Part shown: positions 53,131-64,000 of the stretch, in pieces
How positions within the stretch are numbered: the first letter of the stretch is position 1
How the letters are laid out: each line of letters opens with the position of its first letter
Source: Eledone cirrhosa
Taxonomy: Eukaryota
DNA: 64,000 nt
Direction: 5' to 3'
Assembly (NCBI GenBank): GCA_964016885.1
Contig: OZ024756.1
Coordinates: 29,016,001 to 29,080,000, forward strand
The notes under the pieces: generated by a model
What the model saw: only the letters and a program-made list of their open reading frames with translations
What the model was told of the DNA's origin: nothing
Database searches by the model: none
Program-made: the position numbers and the translations under genes

Positions 53131-54417
53131 GTAGCCACATCTTTGAACCACCCCAACCTTCAGTCTTCCAAACCCACCCGAAAACATTGACCTAAATATG
53201 GAAATATATATATTTTCTTCAACTGGCAGAAGAGAGTAGTGGGAGGAGGAAAATAAATTTCATCAATTTCTCCCTCCCCCTCCTCCCTCCTCTCATTTTT
53301 CACGTCTTTTCTTCTTTATCTCTTACTCTTTTCCTTCTATCCTTCCTTTCTCTGTCGTCTTTTCTAATATCTCTCTCTGTGTTCTTTTCTAATCTCTCTC
53401 TCTCGTCGGTTATTCTCTTCCATTCCTTCTGTCTCTCTCTCTCCTCCCCTCCCCCACTCTCTCTTTCTGTCTCTCTCCCCTCCCCCACTCTCTCTTTCTG
53501 TCTCTCTCCCCTCCCTCACTCTCTCTTTCTGTCTGTCTCTCTCTCTGTCGTCGTTTATTCTGTTCCATTCTCTCTCTCTCTCTCTCTCGTCGTTTATTCT
53601 GTTCCATTCTCTCTCTCTCTCTCTCTCGTCGTTTATTCTGTTCCATTCTCTCTTTCTCTCGCTCTCTTTCTATTCTCTTGTCTTTTTCTTCGTTCTATTA
53701 TTGCCCCACCGCCCGCTCTCTCCATCTCTCAAATTCTTTCTCTCTTTCATGCACATTGTACGCCTCTTACCCCCCCCCCCCCCCATATATATATAATACA
53801 TATATATATATATATATATAATACATATATATATATATAATACGACTCATATATATATATAATACGACTCATATTACCCCCCCCCCCCCCTCCTCAAATA
53901 TTCATTTTTCACTGCAGGTCACTTGAAACGTTACGCAAACAAACTTGCACTTGCGTAAGTACGTGTACACTGAAGCTTGCGTACACATACACACACATAT
54001 ACTGATGTTTACATACTGAAGTTTACGTACACACACACATACTGATGCTTACATACAAACACACATACTGACGCTTACATACACACATACTGATGTTTAC
54101 ACACACACACACACTAATGTTTTTACACACACACACACTGATGCTTACATACACACATACACACATAGTTATATACTTATGCATGTATGTGCATATGCAT
54201 ACATGTGTGTATGTATGCATTCGTGCATACATGTGTGCACACGTGCATACATGTGTGCACACATGCATAACTGTGTGCACACATGCATAAGCGTGTGTGC
54301 ATATGAATAAATATCTCTCTTCCTCTCTCTTTCCATGTCTGTATTTATGCTCCCCTTATAACTTAGCTGTTTGACAAAATGGAATCGATAAAATAAATAT
54401 TAGGATTTAAATAATAA

Positions 54418-54705
54418 TAATTGTTTCTACTTTAGGCACAAGGCCAGCAAATACACCAGTACATTACTGGTACTTTATTTTATCGACCTCGTAGGGATGA
54501 AAGGCAAAGTCAACCTCGGCGGGATTTGAACTCAAATAATAATTGTTTCTACTTTTGGCACAAGGCCAGCAATTATCCTAGTGTATTACTGGTACTTTAT
54601 TTTATCGACCCCGTAAGGATGAAAGGCAAAGTTAACCTCAGCTGGATTTGAACTCAGAATGGCAAGGGCCGTAACTCTATGCGTCAAAGCATGGCGTCCG
54701 ACCCT
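54418..54705 (-). mobile_element. Two tandem Meta-domain-like SINE copies
   Basis: Copies start at 54418 and 54540. Confidence 0.85.
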
Positions 54706-55629
54706 AATAATAGTACTGGGATCGTCGAATTGATACAATCGACTTAAAATCATTTCAAGGCGGTGCTCCAGCATGGCCGCAGTCCAATGATTCGAAACCA
54801 GTGAAGGAGTAACAGACGTTGTGTGTGTGTGTAATGCCACCACAACTGTTTGTTAGGATGTCAACACATCACGTGATCGCTTACCAAGTATTAATGCCTC
54901 TCCCGTCAACACACATACATACCCCCATCACCATCATTACTACTATCACCACCAACAAACAACTACACCGTAACTACTCTATACTGTATGTAACATAGTT
55001 CGAAAATAAACAGTCACTCAGCCATTTCAGGCATTAATGTAGGTCAGTCAACCTTGACTCAGTCTGATCTATGATGAAGGCGTTCCGGCCGTAAACATCT
55101 CGTCTTTTTTCTTTAACCAACCAACCCTTCTGTTAATATATTTCTAATGAAAGACTGTCAATAATTTTCAAATTATTGAGAAAATATTCGAGAATTTAGA
55201 GTTGTGAAAGTAATATAAACTTTCTTATATTTAAGCTGATATTTGGAACATAACTTAACAAAGGTTCTTACATAGAAATAGGATGGAAGGATTTTTAGAT
55301 GAATATATATATATATATATATATACTTTAATCCTTTTTTTAAAAACCATATTTCTAATAAATGACACTGCCTATAATTTCGCCTAAGGCCATCTGGCTG
55401 TAAAACATTGCTTCAAAAGTAACATACTGTATATGCCGGCGTACAAGTCGACATTTCGACTTGTCCACCGAATATATTATAAAATGTAAACCTTTACAAC
55501 AGAGGGGTAAACAGTGAAACTCCCTACCTAATACTCGTGCACCACTTACCATAACTCTAGCAGCTCACCACATTTATTTCCTACTGAATCTCATATTTGT
55601 TAAGTCTATTTAACATAGAAGTTATAATA

Positions 55630-55790
55630 ATATCAATGACTTGCCGTAGCTCATAGGGTAGATTACCATAGGTCCTTTCAGGTTAGGCCAGGCTGGTTTA
55701 CTTAGTGAGATATCAATGACTTGCCTTAGCTTATAGGGTAGGTTACCATAGGTTTGTTACGGTTAGGCTAGACTGGTTTAACTCAGTGAG
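55630..55790. repeat. 80-bp direct duplication
   Basis: tatcaatgacttgcc..ataggg..ttaccatagg at 55631 and 55711. Confidence 0.85.
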
Positions 55791-56718
55791 TTAGAACTGA
55801 CTTGCGACTGACTTGTTTTAGAAGAAGCGTCTTAGTCTTTAGCACGCCACTAAATGTTTCGAATTATTTCCCCTGCAAACTGACTTATTTTTTGGTGTCG
55901 TCTTATCCACTGAATATAGGCCTAAACCTGAATTACAGCTCAGAATTTTAGGCACCAATCTATGCACTGGATCGACTTGTACGCCAGCATATATGGTAAC
56001 TAACTTTCTCATTATTAAGCTAGTGTTTGGAACAAAACCTAACAAACGTTCTATATATAATATAGGGAGTGCTCAGTTTTGTAATAAATGTAATGGTTGA
56101 TGATTAAAAATAACAAAAAAAAAACTTACAGATAATATGGTCTGCTCCCATGATGTAGGTGTGGTGGTATAATTTTCAAATAAATACATGAATATTCAAG
56201 ATCATCAAATATGTTGCTTGTCCTATGATAATTAGTTAATTAGTTAATGTATCTGTGACATCAATGATGGGAGTTTTATTAACTCTTTAGCATTTACATT
56301 ACTTTATATTTACTATTGTATTTTCATGGTAAAATCTTTACCTCACATAATTATCTCATATAATATCAAATCTATGGGATTTTGATATCATTTACTTTGA
56401 GTACAATACCATCACAAAAGTATGATCGTCCGGTTACAGCCGGTTTAATAGAGAAAAAATATTTTCTCACTTTTGATAATAGTTTGAAAATAATATTTTA
56501 TTTTTCAAGACGTCGAGTAATTAAATGAGAGGAAAAGGATGTAAAGGGATTGGATTGTTAAGCAATAAAGGGGTTGGATCAGGAAGATCATCTGGCCTGT
56601 AAAACATGGCTTCAAAAGGTCCAATCCAACCGATACCATCATGGTAAAGCCTATGTAATAAATTATTATACATATATATATATATATATAAGTATATATA
56701 AACCTATAGAGCAAATAT

Positions 56719-56846
56719 CTATTATTAGTACAGATTAAAGTTTAATCAAAAGATTTCTGCTTTCACCCTATATAGGACCTTCTAAAGATCCCGCAGAAGG
56801 TGAAAGCAGAAATTCTTTCATTAAACTTTATTCTGTACTAATAATA
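56719..56846. mobile_element. Fold-back element (same family as 21858-21985)
   Basis: tattattagtacaga..ttctgctttcacc / ggtgaaagcagaa..tctgtactaataata. Confidence 0.7.
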
Positions 56847-56924
56847 AATGTGTGTGTGTGTGTGTGTGTGTGTGCATATATATATATATACTGTATATAT
56901 ATACTGTATATATATAATATAGAA

Positions 56925-56975
56925 ATGGCTTCTACAGGACTAGAACTGTTTCATCCAGGAAAAAAAATCATCAGG
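56925..56975 (-). ncRNA. Hammerhead core in family C element
   Basis: CTGATGA-TTTTTTTTCCTGGAT-GAAA-CAG-TT-CTAGTCC; stems I and II degraded. Confidence 0.45.
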
Positions 56976-57075
56976 AAGCTTAGGATAAACGCACACATAT
57001 TTAAGAAATATCTTGTATAAGTGTTAAGATAAACTTAACCCATGCTAGTGTGGAGGATAGGCGTTAAACGATGAT

Positions 57076-57356
<281 letters not shown>

Positions 57357-57489
57357 CAATTAGTTCTTTGTGTCAAATTTTCCTTGAACCTCTGGTCTTT
57401 TCACGAACACAATTAATTGCTTTTGTAGAATAAAGAAATTTCCTCTGAATTATTTACACACACAAACACACACACACACACACATACAT

Positions 57490-57725
57490 ACATTCACACA
57501 AACGCAAACAAACACATACATTGTGTGACAGACAGACGGAAGTCACTCAAATTTATAAAATATGATAATGGAATGATTGATGTTGGGATGAGCTCATCCC
57601 AACATCAAACATTCCATTATCATATTTTGATGTTTACATTTTTCAAATAATCTATATATAAATTTGAGTGACTTCCGTCTGTCTGTCACACAATGTATGT
57701 GTTTGTTTGCGGTTGTGTGAATGTG
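57490..57725. mobile_element. Fold-back element in (CA)n/(TG)n
   Basis: tgtgtgacagacagacggaagtcactcaaattt arms; loop-less centre ttgggatgagctcatcccaa. Confidence 0.75.
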
Positions 57726-58317
57726 TGTGTGTGTGTGTAAAAGGAAGGAAGGGGATGGTGAAAAAACTATAGCAAAACAGCGACCAGTGTTCCATTTGCT
57801 ACGCTGTATGTTAGTGTAAATGTGTGTGTGTTTGCATGTTTATATTTATATACTCATACATATAAATGTATGCACATGCACATAGACATATGCACACACA
57901 TATACACAGAGATAGCGTGTTGAAAAAAATCCCAGTTTTGAAAATAACTAAGAATTTAGATGATTTAGTAAATACCAAACTAATACCAAATACCAAACTT
58001 GCACATTACTGAGCTGGTTTTTGGAGCATAACATAACAAAGGTTCTTATATGAAATTATGATGGAAGCTTTCTTTATAAAATAAATACAAACACATTTAT
58101 TTACCATTTTGTTACCATATTTTTAAAAGACACTGCCTATGATTTTCAAATAATTTTTGAAAATACTCAGGAACATGGAGGGGTTTACTAATATTAATTT
58201 CTTGTGTTTGGAACATAACTTAATAATGGTTCTTAGAATTAAAGGTAGAAGGTTTTCAGATAAATATTACTTAAAACAAACAGTTTTATATCATAGAACC
58301 AGAGTTGTTTTGAGGTA

Positions 58318-58555
58318 GTTAGAATGTCTCAGGAAAGAATCACTGGACAGATATTATGGGCAAAACCAACTGGCAGGAGATCCAGGGGTAGACCTCGGAC
58401 AAGATGGTTGGATAACATCCATGAGCTTGGCTGGTTTCACTTCAGGATCCAGCTGGATCAATTGGAGATGGTTGCTACTGACAGGACCTGCTGGAAGGAA
58501 TGTTTAAGCACTCTACCTCCATGACTTTCTCAGGAATAAGTGGCCGAAGAAGAAG
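58318..58555 (+). mobile_element. RTE-like LINE 3' end (ORF2 C-terminus)
   Basis: RMSQERITGQILWAKPTGRRSRGRPRTRWLDNI..ATDRTCW resembles R.RGRP..RW.D..A.DR..W; short UTR with GAA tail. Confidence 0.85.
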
Positions 58556-59157
58556 GTTTTAATGGTGTAAAAAGTCAATATAGTCACATCTATATATATT
58601 TTATATAATAATAATAATAATAATAATAATGAAATTATTGTGTACAGTGCTCAGGTGCACTACAACTCATCAAAGGTGCATGTATAGTACATAGAATAAT
58701 GTACAAATGTCAGGAAAATAAACAGTGTATGAGTCATGATATAATAACAATAACAATAATGAAATATTGTGCACAGTGCCCAGGTGCACCACAACCCATC
58801 AAAAAAGTGCATGTACAGTACATAGGGCAATGCACAAACATCAGTAAAATGAACAGGCACTTATAGGTATGCAGGCACTTATAGGTATTCACAAACTTGT
58901 TTGTGAGATACTGCTGTTGGTATATTATAGCTAGCTCTGCTCCACACCAGTAAACTTATGCTGGATGATTTCTGTTTAAATAGGAATCCCTTAAAATTGG
59001 TGATTTTGTTTCATAGATCCAGAACTGACTTGGTATCAGACGGATTAATAAATAATGTATAATTTATAAAATGAAATTTTTGCAGAGATGCACTTAAATT
59101 TAGAAGGGTTATAAATGTAAGTATACTGTGGTATATATGTGTGCGTAATGAAATAAT

Positions 59158-59333
59158 TAATTGTTTCTACTTTTGGCACAAGGCCAGCAATTATCCCAGT
59201 GCATTACTGGTACTTTATTTTATCGACCCCGTAAGGATGGAAGGCAAAGTTAACCTCGGCGGGATTTGAACTCAGAATGGCAAGGGCCGTAACTCTATGC
59301 TGCAAAGCATGGCGTCCGACCCTCTACCGATAC
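59158..59333 (-). mobile_element. Meta-domain-like SINE
   Basis: Reverse complement of 33300-33487. Confidence 0.9.
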
Positions 59334-59481
59334 ATAGCTGACCAAACAAGGTGTGACTAGTAAGGATCTGTTGTTGTGGTTATGTTGGTGGTGGTGGTGG
59401 TGGTGGTATTGATAACGGGGGTGATGTTGTTAGTAGTGGTGATGTTGGTAGTTGTGTATTGTTAGCTGTGGTACTGTAACA

Positions 59482-60460
59482 AGTATGTGTGTTGTATGAC
59501 AACAGCAGTGTGTGTGTGTATATGTTGTATGACAACAGCAGTGTGTGTGTGTGTGTATGTTGTATGACAACAGCAGTGTGTGGTGAGTGTGTATGTTGTA
59601 TGACAACAGCAGTGTGTGGTGAGTGTGTATGTTGTATGACAACAGCAGTGTGTGTGTGTGTGTTGTATGACAACAGCAGTGTGTGAGTGTGTATGTTGTA
59701 TGACAGCAGTGTGTGGTGAGTGTGTATGTTGTATGACAACAGCAGTGTGTGTGTGTGTGTATGTTATATGACAACAGCAGTGTGTGTATGTTGTATGACA
59801 ACAGCAGTGTGTGGTGAGTGTGTATGTTGTATGACAACAGCAGTGTGTGTGTGTGTGTTGTATGACAACAGCAGTGTGTGAGTGTGTATGTTGTATGACA
59901 GCAGTGTGTGGTGAGTGTGTATGTTGTATGACAACAGCAGTGTGTGTGTGTGTGTATGTTATATGACAACAGCAGTGTGTGTATGTTGTATGACAACAGC
60001 AGTGTGTGGTGAGTGTGTATGTTGTATGACAACAGCAGTGTGTGTGTGTGTGTGTGTATGTTGTATGACAACAGCAGTGTGTGTGTGTATGTTGTATGAC
60101 AACAGCAGTGTGAGTGTGTATGTTGTATGACAACAGCAGTGTGTGTGTGTGTGTGTATGTTGTATGACAACAGCAGTGTGTATGTTGTATGACAACAGCA
60201 GTGTGTGTGTGTATGTTGTATGACAACAGCAGTGTGTGTGTGTATGTTGTATGACAACAGCAGTGTGTGTATGTTGTATGACAACAGCAGTGTGTGTATG
60301 TTGTATGACAACAGCAGTGTGTGTATGTTGTATGACAAGTGTGAGTGAGTATGTATGACAACAAGTGTGAGTGAGTGTGTATGTTGTATGACAACAGCAG
60401 TGTGTATGTCGTACGAAGCAGTAATATGTATATGTGTGTGTGTATGGCAACAGCAGTGTG
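59482..60460. repeat. Minisatellite: constant atgttgtatgacaacagcagt core with variable (GT)n spacers
   Basis: ~28 units. Confidence 0.95.
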
Positions 60461-61146
60461 TGCGTATGTGTGAGGTGATAGTAAAAGGTAAATCACCTGT
60501 GTTGCGCTGTTTAGGCTGTTGCTGTTGTTGTTGTTGTTGTTGCTGCTGCTGCTGTTGTTGTTGCTCTGTTGATGGTAACGAGGATTATTATGCTGCTGTT
60601 GCTGGTGTTGATGTAATAAAGATCAATGGAACTGCAACGTGGTTGTCCCATTTGCTGGAAATAGCAACCAAATCTTCCTCAAATCACATCATATTGCCCC
60701 CCCCCCCCCTCTCCTCCAACAGCTCATGGAATGATGTGATCCTAGATACACTGTATTCTGAAAAAACGCTCACACATGTACACACACACACATGTACACA
60801 CACACACACACACACACACATGTACACACACACACATGTACACACACACACACACACGCACCCACACCAACACTAGATAACGTGATGGTCACGACTGGAA
60901 TGAATGATCAGAACTGACCTATATGTGGAAACCTCTTTGTGGGTGCTCAAGCTGCTAAAGATAGCAGCCAAATTCCCCTCAAATCACACGATACTGTCTT
61001 GAGAGAGGAAACTACACTAGATATTGCCTAATGTAAGTTCTAGATACGCTGTGTGTGAATAATTAACGGGATGTTCACTGTTGGACTGTCTTTGTCAAGA
61101 TGTTTACTTTACCAGGGTTGACTTGGTGCTAAACCAGTCAGCTGGA

Positions 61147-62362
61147 AGTAGTGGTTGTAAAAGTAGTGGTGGTGGTGGTTGTAGAGATAGTAGTGGTTGT
61201 AGTAGTAGTGGTGGTGATGGTTGTAAAAGTAGTGGTGGTGGTGGTGGTATAGTAGTGGTTGTAGACGTGGTAGTAGTAGTAGTGGTGGTGGTGGTTGTAA
61301 AAGTAGTGGTTGTAGTAGTAGTGGTGGTGATGGTTGTAAAAGTAGTGTTGGTGGTGGTATAGTAGTGGTTGTAGACGTAGTAGTAGTAGTGGTGGTGGTG
61401 GTTGTAAAAGTAGTGGTGGTGGTGGTTGTAGAGATAGTAGTGGTTGTAGTAGTAGTGGTGGTGATGGTTGTAAAAGTGGTGGTGGTGGTATAGTAGTGGT
61501 TGTAGACGTGGTAGTAGTAGTAGTAGTAGTGGTGGTGGTTGTAAAAGTAGTAGTAGTGGTGGTGATGGTTGTAAAAGTAGTAGGAGTGGTAGTAGTATAG
61601 TAGTGGTGGTGGTTGTAAAAGTAGTAGTAGTGGTGGTGGTGGTTGTAAAAGTAGTGGTGGTGGTGGTGGTGGTATAGTAGTGGTTGTAGACGTGGTAGTA
61701 GTAGTAGTAGTAGTGGTGGTGGTTGTAAAAGTAGTAGTAGTGGTGGTGATGGTTGTAAAAGTAGTAGGAGTGGTAGTAGTATAGTAGTGGTGGTGGTTGT
61801 AAAAGTAGTTGTGGTGGTGGTGGTGGTTCTAAAAGTAGTAGGAGTGGTAGTAGTATAGTAGTGGTTGTAGACGTGGTAGTAGTAGTAGTGGTGGTGGTTG
61901 TAAAAGTAGTAGTAGTGGTGGTGATGGTTGTAAAAGTAGTAGGAGTGGTAGTAGTATAGTAGTGGTTGTAGACGTGGTAGTAGTGGTGGTGGTTGTAAAA
62001 GTGGTGGTGGTGGTGGTTGTAAAAGTAGTAGGAGTGGTAGTAGTATAGTAGTGGTTGTAGACGTGGTAGTAGTGGTGGTGGTTGTAAAAGTAGTAGTGGT
62101 GGTGGTGGTGGTTGTAAAAGTAGTAGGAGTGGTAGTAGTATAGTAGTGGTTGTAGACGTGGTAGTAGTGGTGGTGGTTGTAAAAGTAGTGGTGGTGGTGG
62201 TTCTAAAAGTAGTAGGAGTGGTAGTAGTATAGTAGTGGTTGTAGACGTGGTAGTAGTAGTAGTGGTGGTGGTTGTAAAAGTAGTAGTGGTGGCGGTGGTG
62301 GTTCTAAAAGTAGTAGGAGTGGTAGTAGTATAGTAGTGGTTGTAGACGTGGTAGTAGTAGTG
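61147..62362. repeat. Higher-order (GTA/GTG)n satellite with gttgtaaaa / gtagacgtg punctuation
   Basis: Directly visible. Confidence 0.9.
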
Positions 62363-62409
62363 GTGTTAGTGGTGTTAATGATTGTGGCATCAACAGAATT
62401 TGTTGTAGT

Positions 62410-62960
62410 GCGGTAGTAGTAGTGGTGGTGGTTGTAGCAGTAGTGTTAATGATTATGGTATCAGCAGATATCATAGTGGTGGTAGTGGTATTGGTGATGG
62501 TAGTGTTGGTGGTGGTAGTGTTGGTGGTGTTGTTGATTCTGGTGGTGTTGGTGGTAGTGGCGTTGGGAGTAGTAGTAATAATAACATGTGGTGTTAGTAA
62601 TGGTGGTGGTGGTGGTGTGGTGGTAGTGTTAGTTGTGGTGCGGTGGTGTGGTGGTGGTGATGGTGAGGTGTTAGTGATGGTGTTGGTAGTGGTGGTGTTG
62701 GTGGTGTTGGTGATGGTAGTGGTGGTGTTAGTTGTGGTGTTAGTGATGGTGTTGGTGTTGGTGTGTGGTGGTGTTGGTGGTGGTGCTAGTGATGGTGGTG
62801 TTAGTGATGGTGTTGGTGGTGATGTTAGTGATGATGGTGTTGGTGTTGGTAGTGGTGGTGTGGTGGTGTTGGTGTGTGGTGGTGTTAGTGATGGTGGTGG
62901 TGGTGATGATGGTGGTGGTGGTGATGTTGGTGCTGATAGTGGTGTGATGGTGGTGGTGGT
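62410..62960. repeat. (GGT/GTT)n low-complexity tract
   Basis: Directly visible. Confidence 0.9.
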
Positions 62961-63005
62961 CACCGACATTGACCATCCATTTTATCTTTTTTTGTTTTTT
63001 TTCAG

Positions 63006-63110
63006 AATGCCCAAGTCCATCTAGGACTACACTATATAATGTTTCCTTCTTGACAGCAGGGACAGATCAGATTTTACTGCCATTTCTAGCAGATCAAGAA
63101 ACCACCCAGG
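63006..63110 (+). CDS. Candidate symmetric phase-1 exon, unknown gene
   Basis: Strong acceptor ttttttgttttttcag, 105 nt open (CPSPSRTTLYNVSFLTAGTDQILLPFLADQETTQ), donor gg|gtatac. Confidence 0.35.
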
Positions 63111-63425
63111 GTATACATAGTGTGGGTGGGGGGTAAATGGGCATGTGATTATACATGTATGTATGGAAATGTGTGCTTGGGTATGTATGTATATGTGTAT
63201 GGTGATGTGTGTATATATGTGTAGGGTGATGTGTGTATATATGTGTAGGGTGATGTGTGTGTATAAATATATATGTAGGTATGGGTATGTATGTGGTTAT
63301 GAATGTATGGTAATGTGTGCATGGATATGTGGTTATGTATGTATATATATATATATATGGTGATGTATATATATATATATGTGTGTGTATGCATGTATGT
63401 ATAGTGATGTGTGTATGCATGTATG

Positions 63426-63477
<52 letters not shown>

Positions 63478-64000
63478 GTTATGTGTGAGAGTATGTATGT
63501 ATGTATATATATATTTATATATGTATGCATAGTGACGTGTGTATGCATGTATGTATGTATGATGTGTATATATTATGCATGTATGGTTATGTGTGAGAGT
63601 ATGTGTATATATATATATATGTATGTATGTATGATGTTGTGTATATGTATGCATGTATGTATGGTTGTGTGTATGTATACATGGGTATGTGGTTGTGTGT
63701 GTGTGATTCTATATATGTATAGTTATGTGGGTATGTATATGATTGTGTGTGTGTGTATGAGTATGTGGTTGTATGTGGTTATATATATATATATGGGTGT
63801 GTATGGGTATGAGAATGTATGAATAAGGGTTTGACTATGTATATGGTTGTGTATGTATGTGTGAGTGTTACATGTGTGTAAGGGTATATATGTGTGTTTA
63901 TGTATTGGAGTATATGTAAAGCTCTATATGTGTTTGGGTATGTATGGGTTTATGTAGCAGGTGTATAATATATGTATATGTGTGCAGTTGGGTATATATG

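Noticed and set aside
52510-53190. Extensin/formin-like proline-rich protein
   Set aside because: Pure (CCA)n expansion, open in several frames on both strands.
59482-60460. CRISPR-like array with partly palindromic core GTTGT-ATG-ACAAC and variable spacers
   Set aside because: Spacers are only (GT)n variants that recur, there are no cas genes, and the context is eukaryotic.

Overview
AT-rich, repeat-saturated animal DNA, mostly intronic or intergenic. The (TA)n/(CA)n density and the SINE/MITE families suggest an octopus-like cephalopod (inference). There is no intact protein-coding gene; almost all ORF-track entries are microsatellite artefacts. The window holds about 20 copies of a tRNA-derived Meta-domain-like SINE, other SINEs, decayed RTE-like, RLE-type and Gypsy retroelement fragments, piggyBac-, Tc1/mariner- and hAT-type MITEs, several minisatellites and a few weak candidate + strand exons. 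The main signal is several unrelated families of short (150-450 bp) non-coding fold-back elements inserted in (TA)n tracts. They carry minimal type-I hammerhead ribozymes (stem I-CUGANGA-stem II-GAAA-palindromic stem III-UH-stem I; 13 well-formed copies plus degenerate ones) and share a 3' ACTC..TTGAGTRC hairpin. This looks like a non-autonomous Penelope-like or retrozyme system whose inversions appear to be primed on the RNA's own stems. All calls were made by eye, and element boundaries are approximate.
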